A stretch of DNA of 64,000 nt from Mantamonas sphyraenae STR306. Taxonomy: Eukaryota; Protista; CRuMs. Shown here one piece after another: positions 54,163 through 64,000 of this stretch (within the stretch, counting starts at the first letter, position 1; each line of letters starts with the position of its first letter). The notes below the pieces were generated by a model. It ran no database searches and was not told the DNA's origin. It saw only the letters and a program-made list of their open reading frames with translations. The stretch lies in NCBI GenBank assembly GCA_026936335.1, contig JAPMXV010000033.1, forward strand, positions 1 through 64,000, given 5' to 3'. Position numbers and translations under genes: made by a program.

Positions 54163-57100
54163 TCATTCCTCAGGAGCGTCTTGGGGAGACTCTCGATCTT
54201 GCTCTGTGTCCTCTCCACCTTCAGGTTGCTGTTGTTGGGCAGCTTCCTTCATCAAAAAGTCGATCCAGAGCTCACCGAGGCTCTGCTGGTCCGTGTTGCC
54301 CTGCTGCGAGGCAAGTTGCTGTTGAACGAGTTCGGTCTCCTCATCCGCCCACAATCCCAGTGCGGGACCCAGGTAGCTTGCGAGGCCCCATGTCTGTTGC
54401 GGGACGCCCAGACCCACTGCTTGCTTCTGTTCTTCGGTAAAGTCGAGGATGTTGGAGATGAGTTTGAGCACGTGCTGCTTCTTGTCCACCGAGGTGACAT
54501 AGCTGACAACGAGTTTGGCCACCAACTGCTTCTGGATATTGTCTTCGTCCACGTTGGATGTCATGCTAAGGCGTTGCAAGCTCTCCTGCAGAGCGTGGCG
54601 CAACTGCTTCGTTTCATCCAGAGCCTGGTCGCGCTCAGCACACGCTGCTCCCAGCTGTTTCTGTACACTGTCTGTGGCCGCTTGTGCTGCATCCAATGCC
54701 TGACGTAGCTCGTCTACTTGCGTTAGCTTTGCCATGGCCTCGTCTCGCGCGAGCTCTGTGGCTGCGAGCTGTTTGCGCACGCTCTCGAGTTCCAGGCGCA
54801 CTTCACTTTGCTGGTCCGCACTCATTTGCTTCAACACGCCCTGCAAATTGGTCAAGGCCTGCTCCTGAGTGGCCAGCTTCGATGCCAGGCTGTCGCGTTC
54901 GGCCTCGACGTCGCGCACGTGTTCCATGGCCTCGTCGAGCGCGGTGCCAAGCTCGTCGGCGGTCTGGCTGTGATGTCCTTTGCTCTCCTCCAACTGCTGC
55001 GTCAAATGTGCAATCTTGTCTTCGTACTCCAATTCGGTGGTGGAAAATTCGTCCTGGTTCTGCAGCAGCGCCTCCTTGAAGCGATCTCGCTCGCTCTCGG
55101 CCTTTTGCAACCGCTTCTGCAGCTCTGTGTCCTGTCCCTCCAGCTGCGTCAGAAGCTCAGTGCGATGGTGCTCCACCTTTGCAAGCTTTTCCATCAGCTG
55201 GCCAAAGTCTTGGTCGCGCTGGGCGAACGTCTGTGCGACCTTGTCGCACAGTGCCAACAGGGTATCGTCACTAGTGGCGTTGTTTGCCACACCTTGCAAC
55301 ACAGAGCGCATGTTCTCCAACTGCGCCAAGATGTGGTGCATATGGGCCTCCGATGCCTGCTCCTGCTCCTGGAAGATGAGTGAAGCGATGGGCTGCAGGT
55401 TGCCAGCCTCCTTGAGGGCAATGGCAGAAGATTGCAGCTCCTTGTTCATCGATGTGGCCACATTCAAGTCATCCTGCAAGGCCTCCTTTTCGATATTCAG
55501 TTGGTTTACCTGATCTTGCAGGTGACCAACGTCGGCAAGGGCTCGGGTAAGCTGCTGACTCAGCGACGACTCACTCTCCTGCCTGCGCTGTTCCGAGGAT
55601 TGCAACGCAGCAACTTCCTGCTGGAGCCGTTCGATTTCTCCCTGCTTCTTCTGAACATTCGACGTCGCTGCCTCCTCCACTGCCTCCAGCTCCTTCTCCT
55701 TCCCGGTCAGCTCCTCACGCAGTTCGTTCACCATTGCCTCCAGTTCTCCTGCAGACGCCTGGCTCTGTTCACGTGCTGCCTTCAGCTCTCCGTGCAGGCG
55801 CTCAATCTCTCCCTGCTTCTTCTGAACATTCGACGTCGCTGCCTCCTCCACTGCCTCCAGCTCCTTCTCCTTCCCAGCCAGTTCCTCACGCAGTTCGTTC
55901 ACCATTGCCTCCAGTTCTCCTGCAGACACCTGGCTCTGTTCACGTGCTGCCTTCAGCTCTCCCTGCAGGCGCTCAATCTCTCCCTGCTTCTTCTGAACAT
56001 TCGATGTCGCTGCCTCCTCCACTGCCTCCAGCTCCTTCTCCTTCCCGGTCAGCTCCTCACGCAGTTCGTTCACCATTGCCTCCAGTTCTCCTGCAGACGC
56101 CTGGCTCTGTTCACGTGCTGCCTTCAGCTCTCCCTGCAGGCGCTCAATCTCTCCCTGCTTCTTCTGAACATTCGACGTCGCTGCCTCCTCCACTGCCTCC
56201 AGCTCCTTCTCCTTCCCAGCCAGTTCCTCACGCAGTTCGTTCACCATTGCCTCCAGTTCTCCTGCAGACACCTGGCTCTGTTTCACGTGCTGCCTTCAGC
56301 TCTCCCTGCAGGCGCTCAATCTCTCCCTGCTTCTTCTGAACATTCGACGTCGCTGCCTCCTCCACTGCCTCCAGCTCTCCTTCTCCTTCCCAGCCAGCCT
56401 CCTCACGCAGACGCCTGGCTCGTTCACCATTGCCTTCAGCCTCCAGTCTCTCCTGCAGACGCCTGGCTCTGTTCACGTGCAGTTCCTGCCTTCAGCTCTC
56501 CCTGCAGGCGCTCAATCTCTCCTGCTGCTTCTTCTGAACATTCGACGTCGCTGCCTCCTCCACTGCCTCCAGCTCCTTCTCCTTCCCAGCCAGCTCCTCA
56601 CGCAGTTCGTTCACCATTGCCTCAGTTCTCCTGCAGACGCCTGGCTCATTCAGCTCTCCCTGCAGGCGCTCAATCTCTCCCTCTCTTCTGCATTCGACGC
56701 GCTGCCTCTCCTCCACTGCTCCAGCTCCTTCTCCTTCACGTGCTGCCTTCAGCTCTCTCCTGCACGCCTGGCTCTGTTCACGCTCTTCAGCTCTCCCTGC
56801 AGGCGCTGCTTCTTCTGAACATTCGACGTCGCTGCCTCCTCCACTGCCTCCAGTTCCTTCTCCTTCCCGGCCAGTTCCTCACGCAGTTCGTTCACCATTG
56901 CCTCCAGTTCTCCTGCAGACGCCTGGCTCTGTTCACGTGCTGCCTTCAGCTCTCCCTGCAGGCGCTCAATCTCTCCCTGCTTCTTCTGAACATTCGACGT
57001 CGCTGCCTCCTCCACTGCCTCCAGCTCCTTCTCCTTCCCGGCCAGTTCCTCACGCAGTCCGTTCACCATTGCCTCCAGTTCTCCTGCAGACGCCTGGCTC

Positions 57101-58550
57101 TGTTCACGTGCTGCCTTCAGCTCTCCCTGCAGGCGCTCAATCTCTCCCTGCTTCTTCTGAACATTCGACGTCGCTGCCTCCTCCACTGCCTCCAGCTCCT
57201 TCTCCTTCCCAGCCAGCTCCTCACGCAGTTCGTTCACCATTGCCTCCAGTTCTCCTGCAGACGCCTGGCTCTGTTCACGTGCTGCCTTCAGCTCTCCCTG
57301 CAGGCGCTCAATCTCTCCCTGCTTCTTCTGAACATTCGACGTCGCTGCCTCCTCCACTGCCTCCAGTTCCTTCTCCTTCCCGGCCAGTTCCTCACGCAGT
57401 TCGTTCACCATTGCCTCCAGTTCTCCTGCAGACGCCTGGCTCTGTTCACGTGCTGCCTTCAGCTCCCCTTGCAGGCGCTCAATCTCTCCATGCTTCTTCT
57501 GAACATTCGACGTCGCTGCCTCCTCCACTGCCTCCAGTTCCTTCTCCTTCCCAGCCAGTTCCTCACGCAGTTCGTTCACCATTGCCTCCAGTTCTCCTGC
57601 AGACGCCTGGCTCTGTTCACGTGCTGCCTTCAGCTCTCCTTGCAGCTGCTCAATCTCCTCATGGTTCGCCTTCAGACGCTGCAATTGCTCTTGGTACCTT
57701 TCTGCTACGTCCCGTTTGGCTGTCTCCTCCTCCTGCAATCGTGCGCGAGCTGTGGCCAGCTCGGCCCGCAGATTCTCCGCTCCGTTCCCCTGTGCCAAAC
57801 GCGTCTCCAGGCTAACAATCTGTTTTCGCTGGATCTCTACGGTCTCCAATGCGGCCTGGAGCTGGTCGTGTACGTCGTAGCTTTCGTCTCCGTCCAACGG
57901 CACTGCTAGCAGGGACGGCGAGGCGCTCACGCTTGGCGACCGCTCCCGCGTGTCACTCTGTGTCTTCATCGACTCCACCTCCTGGCGCAGGCCCTCAGCA
58001 CGTTGTTCAAGCTCACGAATCCGCTCGTCCCGCAGCCGCAGCTCGTTCTCGTGCTTCGCCGCTTCAATCTGCGCATCCAACTGCTCCAGTTCCCCGTTTC
58101 CGGACCCGGCGTTTGCCACCTCCTCAAACTGCAAGCACAGAGTCTGATACTTCTCCTTCTCCAGAGCAAGTTCCTCCTGCATTGCGGGCCCATTGTGTGT
58201 CAGTCCGTGTGACATCCACATCTCTCTTCCAGCTCTGCGCCCACTTCCTACTCACCGTTTTCGCGCTCACTTCCCGTCGCAATCTTTCAATTTCTTCGGT
58301 CCGCTCGTCGTGTTGGGTCTCCACCTCTTCGTCCGTCACATCCCCGTACGGATCATAGTATGTCTGCGTGGCCATGTAAGTCTCCTGTGCCCTCCACATG
58401 CACTCCTCCTCCCTCTCCCGGCCGCCGTTTCAACCTCCGAAAACGTACGTCATTCGCTTGTCCCTCTGCGTCAGCCTCCTTGATTTCCTGCACCATGCTT
58501 CCGGTCACTTCCGACACCGCATTTCCAATCTCTGCCAACGCTCCCCACAT
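54163..58550 (-). CDS. GRAB-domain golgin (GMAP-210/Rud3-like); two short 5' introns; frame broken inside the repeat array
   Basis: N-terminal amphipathic MWGALAEIGNAVSEVTGSMVQEI, long coiled coil, GRAB-like IQKQLVAKLVVSYV..VLKLISNILDFTEEQKQAVGL and a GA1-like LGELWIDFLMKEA. Confidence 0.82.
55630..57660 (-). repeat. Coding tandem repeat, 171-bp (57-aa) unit, about 12 copies
   Basis: Unit LKAAREQSQASAGELEAMVNELREELAGKEKELEAVEEAATSNVQKKQGEIERLQGE. Copies are near-identical except an indel-ridden block at about 56280-56820. Confidence 0.95.
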
Positions 58551-58596
58551 TCTTGGACGCGACTGCACTTTGCATGCGCCTGCGCAACCCCTCGTT

Positions 58597-60061
58597 TCAT
58601 TCGTCATCCCGCACACCAAGCTGCCTCAGAGACGCCAGCTCTTCCTCGGACAGGTGCTGCGACAGTCGCGCACTGTTCACATGGTTGCGCTTTGCTGCTT
58701 TGATCAGGGATGACGTCGCCTCTAGGCTCATCTTCTGCACAGCCACAAACTCCCTGTCCCAGTGCTGGTGCTTGCTGCTCACCCACTTGTTGCAATGAGC
58801 CATCCACGTCGACAGTGCTTTTGAATCGTCGGCCACAAACGTATAGTCGCGTCTGCCTGGCACAGCCACCGTAAAAGCGTGCTCTTTGCCCACTGTCCCG
58901 TCCTCAATCACCTCTACAAAGCTGCGCAGATCCAGCATCCCTTTTTGCTTCTTCTTCCGCTCGTCCTCAAAGTACCGCAAAATGGGTCCGCTTGCTACCA
59001 CCCATCGCTTCTTCCAGTTGCGACGCACTTCGCCCCGCTTTGTGAGGTACCCTTCGAGATCCACCTCCTCAAGAGATGGAGGCTGCATGTGCACCAGATC
59101 TTCCTGAGAGAGAGAGAGAGAGAGAGAGAGCGTGTGTGGTGTGTTAGCATCCGACAGCAGTGTTCTTCACCATGCCCACCTCTGCCCTGCGTACACTGAT
59201 GGTTTCCGCCAACGCCGTCAACCAGCGCTGCACGTCCGAGTCTTCGTCGCTGCCTTCCTCTTTGTACATGTGGATTGTGAGTGCGCCGGTTGCCGTTACC
59301 ACATCGATGCAGTGCTCCAAATGGTGAATGTCTGCGTGCAGCGCGTGCACAGAACGCAGTGACGACAACGGAATGACCGCCAGCGGCTCGTTTGCAAACT
59401 GATACCAGCACATTGCCCCATGGATGTCAGTGGCTCGTACACCTCCCTCCTCCCATCTCTTTTTCCCGCTTCAAATTACGCTGTATCCCTCATAGATCTC
59501 AAGCGTGCGACTTGTCAGAAAGGCCCAGTGGTCCATCCAGTCCTCTTTCTTTGTAAACGGCGTCACCGTCACGCTCAGCAGCCGGATCCAGCCCACAGTG
59601 ACCGTATCGTTGACGTTGCAGCCCACAAAGGGCATCCCTTCTTCCAGTTCGCCGCTGTACGTGGCTGCCAACGTGGCCACCACTTCTTTGTGTCGAGCCT
59701 CGTTCTCGCTGCTCGGCGTCACTTGTTCCAGCAACTGCAGTGCGTTGCAGTCGTCTTGCACACTGCGAAAGTAAACGTTGCACCCGTAGGACAGGAGGGT
59801 GAGCACACAATCGTACGACCCGCTGCTGGCGGCCACCAACAAAGGAGTGCGGCCCTCCGAGTCCAGGATGTCCACAGGCAGAGCATGCTCCAGCAGAAGC
59901 TTCAATGCAGTGACGTGATTGCGCCGTGCCGCTTCATGGCCGGCCTCCCCGTACAGGTAGGCACGCTGTTCCAACAGCAGCCCCAGCCGGGTTGTGTTGT
60001 TGCTTTCCACAGCCTCCATCACAGCAGCGTCCGACGATGAAGAGTCCGAGGTGGTCGACAT
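58597..60061 (-). CDS. Ankyrin + PH + PH domain protein; introns 59479-59399 and 59194-59104
   Basis: Ankyrin EGRTPLLVAASSGSYDCVLTLL; a PH-like domain spanning intron 1 and ending VQRWLTAL; a canonical PH EGYLTKRGEVRRNWKKRWVV..LRYF..WM. Both introns are phase 0. Confidence 0.85.
59105..59130. repeat. (GA)n microsatellite forming the pyrimidine tract of a minus-strand intron
   Basis: Directly visible and abuts the CAG acceptor at 59106-59104. Confidence 0.9.
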
Positions 60062-60157
60062 TGTGTGTTTGGAGCGCTATGGCAAGTATGTGTGCACTGT
60101 CTGGCGTGCAGTTGCAAACGACAATGCTTGCTCCTGCTCGCGCAGAGCCAGTCGAAA

Positions 60158-61359
60158 ATGATCCATCGCGCCACCGGTCTGATGGCCCCTCTCACTCGTG
60201 CTGGCGCAGGCACTGTCCTTCGCAGTGCAGTGCGCCGTTCGGCTGCAACTGTGTCCCGCTCCGCTGTGTCACGGTCTGTCGCGAGGCCCGCGGTTGCTGC
60301 TGCCACGAGGACGACGCCATGCACACGCCTCTTTTCCAGCGCAGTGCAACGTGGAGGCGTTCTGGCTGCTCGCCAGGTGTCCTCTGCACAGCCTTTGGTT
60401 CTGAACACTGGCCAAGAGGCCCAGTCGTCCGCTGTGCGTGGCCTGGGTGTGGCTCTCGGCCTGGCGGCAGTCGCTGGCGTCATCCACCGCTCTACCGTGT
60501 GGGCGGATGACACACCCACAAAGCCCACCGAGGACGCAGCGGTCGACTCGCAAGATGAAGAGCCTCAGGAGGACGATGAAAAGCCCAGCGAGTCTCTGTT
60601 TTCCTCTCTGGGGGGAATGTTTAGCGAATTTGTCGATGTGCGTTCCGGCGGATTTCCACGCAGCCAGCGAGTCAGCCCTTCCAGCACAGTGGTCACTCAC
60701 ACAGCTCCCCCGGCCGTCCCCAGTCCTTTTCAAAGCCACCCGAGGGTGATTTGTTGCCTGATGTTCAGGACGAAAGGTTCCAGCCCAAGTACACCATTGT
60801 CGTCTCGTTGGAAGGCTTCCTCATGCATCCCAAATGGACGCAAGAGGACGGATGGTCGTTCAAGAAGCGTCGACACTGGGCCAAGTTCCTCTCTCGCTTG
60901 GCCACCAACTACGAGGTGGTCATCTTCACCTCGGAAAGCTTCCTAAGCGTCGCCGAGTTTATGCAGGTCATCGAAGAGAAGGCTGGACCCGTGGGCTACT
61001 TCTTCTTCCGTGACTCGTGCTATCAGAGTGAGGATGGGTGGATCAAGGATCTGCGCAAGCTGAACCGCGACCTGTCGCGTGTGATTGTTCTAGATCCCAG
61101 TTCGGTGGCCACGCAGCACAACGCAGAGAATGTCCTGCCGGGACTCAAGGAATGGGACGGCAAGCAAGACAACTATCTCATGGATTTGGCCTTCTTCTTG
61201 GACCATATGCTCACGCTCGACGTCGATGTGCGTGAGTTTTTCAACATCAACCGCGACCGCGACCTCGTCGCGAATTACAGAGGGATCGGCCGTCAGCGCC
61301 AGCGCAGCGTGGAGAATACTGTCGATCGGTTGTTTGAGCGAGCGCGAGGGGGGCGTTGA
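60158..61359 (+). CDS. TIM50: Mitochondrial import translocase subunit TIM50; intron 60638-60735
   Basis: Long Arg/Ala/Ser presequence and a TM segment, then FVDPPEGDLLPD..YTIVVSLEGFLMHPKWT..GWSFKKR and a catalytically dead FCP1-like domain with YEVVIFT and IKDLRKLNRDLSRVIVLD. Confidence 0.92.
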
Positions 61360-61424
61360 ATGTAAGCTGCAGGAATCGGCAGATGTGTGCGCACATGTGC
61401 CCAACACCAAATCCTCACCTCCCC

Positions 61425-62059
61425 ATGGGATCTCCACGGCCGGCTAACCTAGTTTGCGGCCTAATTGGGTTGGGCATTGCCATCCACAGTGGATTTTGGG
61501 TGGCCAAGGCATATGGTGCGGTGGAAAGCTGGACGGTTGTGATGCTGCCTGCGATCCTGACGACAGCTCTGCTGAGCCTTTATGCGCGCCTGTACTCCGG
61601 CAAACTGTCAAAGAAAGTGTTGTGGGGTCACTGGCGTGTGGCCCAAATGGGCACCATCATCGCACTGTTTGCCTGCATCACGCTCTGCTTGCAAACGGCC
61701 GAATTGGAAGCAAGCACAAATCGGCTCCTGCTTCGGAACAACGGGCCTTTCAAGTATGTCTCCACGTGCACGTTTAAGTATCATCTCGACAAACCTCCCA
61801 TGCGGCTGAATCGGGCTGACCACCCGCATGTGGTGGTTGTGCTTGACGTCGACTCTCCAGCCCTCTACCGAATTGAAGGTGAGTGTGTTCCCGCGCCCTA
61901 ACTTTGGACATCACTTGGATAGCAAACTCACATTGCACGGGCTTCACGTTTTCGAAACTTTCCAAATGCGGCAGTGTCGTCGTCGTCGCACGTGTTCAGC
62001 CCGAACATCTCCCTCCACCGCACAAACCCATTCGACACGTGGGGCTCTTTGAAGCTTAA
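61425..62059 (+). CDS. Hypothetical membrane protein; intron 61879-61922; may be the 5' part of the next gene
   Basis: Three hydrophobic segments, a GTGAGT donor, a CCTAAC branch point and a TAG acceptor. The frame ends at TAA 62057-62059. Confidence 0.55.
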
Positions 62060-64000
62060 TGCTTCCAAAGAGGTACAGGTTCACAAAGATGGAACCGCGT
62101 GCTTGAGTTTGGGGCAATGGTGAGTTTGCGGTCGTCGTGCGGAGTTTGGCATTTCGTGTTGTTCTGACATTTTCTGGTTCCCTCCCCCCAGGTTTGTTCT
62201 CGCAACGCTCGACCCGCCAGAGAAAGCTTTCAAGGCGAGAAACAGGAATGTCATCATCAACGTGCGCAAGGAGGGCTCCAAATGCCCGGCCCCGCCGTCC
62301 CTTCACGCCTTTGAACTCGAAGTGCCTTGGGGCAACGTCAGCACACATGCGGTGAATTTGCCTCACAGTGCCTACGTGACAATCCGCACACAAGGAGATG
62401 TACACATGCTTGTGGGATCCCCCAACCCACCCACACTCGAGCTCGGCTCGGCAGCAAAGTACCGAGGAGGCACGCTTTCCCGCTGCTTCCCGGCGGGCAA
62501 CTGGATAATCGGCTTCTGGGTTGCGAAGCCCGAGAAGAACCCAGTATCTCCGGAAGGGGACGAATTGTTCACAAAGCGCATCCACGTGTTGCAAACCCTC
62601 AACGAAACAGGCTGTGATCCATTCTTCACGCGCTCTGTGCTTCGCAATAAGGGCACAACGTACGCAATGGACCAAGGAAACGACCTGGGATGGATGTATG
62701 GGGCCCCTCTACACCTGGACACACGCAATACCACATTCGTCCACGTGCAAGGCAACGATGTCGCCGCTCACCCGTTTGGCGTCGTCTCAAACACCACCAC
62801 AGTTGCAAACGCCACCACAGAGGCGCAGGTGCTGGCCATCATCAGCACCCTCCTCCAGGGTGGGCATGACGTGCTTGCCTTTAGCGGAAGTGAGCGTGTG
62901 GATGTCGTGCTGGACGCGACATTGCTGCCTGTGAACGGCACACCGGTCCAGATCGTGCTGCAGGCTGGTGTGGCACAATGGGTACAGTGGGATGTTGTTG
63001 GCAGCCCAGCTCCCTTCCGCCTGGGAGCAACAGAGAGGTCGGAAGACGTGGATGTGCTCCTTGCGTCTGGCAGCACAGAACGCCTTGATCGAGCGTCGGT
63101 CAGCTGCCACATGCCAGGAAGATCGTTCGCTCAGCTGCGCTCCCGCGTTTCCGGCTCATACAACATATTTGCTGAACGCATGGCCAACACAAGCTCGTGT
63201 GGTGGCCCCGTTGCGGAACCATGGAGTCATTGCTTGGACACCACGGACTACACCCTCGGGGTGCAGCTCACACCACCCCTAGGTTGGTTCGCTCTGGCGC
63301 TGTTGTTTTTCACTGGCATGGTCTCTGCGCTGGACATGGATGATGAACAGCTCCTGGTGCGCACACGTATTCGCTTGGCCGTGCGTGAAGGCATCTTTCT
63401 TGTTCTCCTTGGGCTGGAGTTGCTCATCATCAGCGCAAACAACTCGTTGACCAGCGTAGCCTCGCACATTGTGCCTATTCTCCTCTTTTTGGGCTACGTG
63501 GTTCAGCTGGAGAGAAACAAGGACGAAATCAGCGGAGCCGCCTTTCCCAGCCTCTCTGTGCTTCCAGCCACCATTCTCGCGCTTTATATTATCTGGGGAA
63601 CTGTGGGAATCGATGTGGATGCCATGTGCATCGCAGCCATCGCAGGAGGCACTATCTCGAGCCTCATCGCCTTTGTGCTGCCAGATTCGCACCCTGAAGC
63701 CATCAAAACCCTCGTCAAGGTGTTTTTGACTGACGGAGCACGCCCACAGCGGTTGGTTGAACCCAGCAACACAACTGCCTGGCGTAGTGCTCCGTTTGTG
63801 GACTGCTACGGGGTCCGGCGGCAAACACGGCTCACCCACGGCTTGCCTCGCGATGAAAATGGCCGTCCACCCGTGGTTAGGCAAGACCAGCTTTTGCCTG
63901 TGCAAGAGTTGGCGTTGCGACGTGGTGTCGAACACATCGTATGGTTCGTGGGAACCTTGGTCATCTCCTTGTTCGCTACGGATGTGTTCTGGAACATTGC
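62059..64000 (+). CDS. Hypothetical multi-pass membrane protein, 3'-incomplete (absent from the ORF track); intron 62073-62191
   Basis: Hand translation from 62192 stays open for about 600 codons to the window end. It has N-glycosylation sequons followed by several TM segments. The first exon is uncertain. Confidence 0.7.

Noticed and set aside
55630-57660. CRISPR array or satellite DNA
   Set aside because: Units are contiguous with no unique spacers, are in frame, and encode coiled coil inside a golgin.

Overview
This is GC-rich nuclear DNA from a eukaryote, not a prokaryote: most genes are split by short GT-AG spliceosomal introns that I could place by hand. It is extremely compact, with about 38 protein-coding genes, one tRNA-Leu(AAG) and one intronic box C/D snoRNA in 64 kb, and many intergenic gaps under 100 bp. 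Kinesin-2, a MOK/LF4-type kinase and a GMAP-210-like golgin suggest a flagellated protist (inference). Recognisable genes: AMT1/MTA1-type MT-A70 adenine methyltransferase, eIF1A, bacterial-type (mitochondrial) AspRS, cytosolic TrpRS, polyubiquitin, kinesin-2, BRCT-WGR-PARP, PPX1/prune, MOK, aminoacylase-1, a bacterial-type PTPS/QueD-family gene, three MRH-domain receptors, eIF2-alpha, tRNA dimethylallyltransferase, flavin amine oxidase, a divergent Sar GTPase, mL54, an F-box/beta-helix protein, a giant atypical kinase-LRR protein, a GRAB golgin and TIM50. I found no CRISPR array, rRNA or recognisable transposon, and no clear multi-gene novel system. The best leads are the AMT1-type 6mA DNA methyltransferase, the near-zero or overlapping gene spacing, the kinase-LRR giant, the intron-bearing bacterial-type PTPS, the snoRNA plus two heavily base-paired long introns, a repeated motif in the kinesin tail and a Q62S ubiquitin. 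Several single-base frameshifts are most likely assembly errors. All family assignments come from motif recognition by eye; no searches were run.
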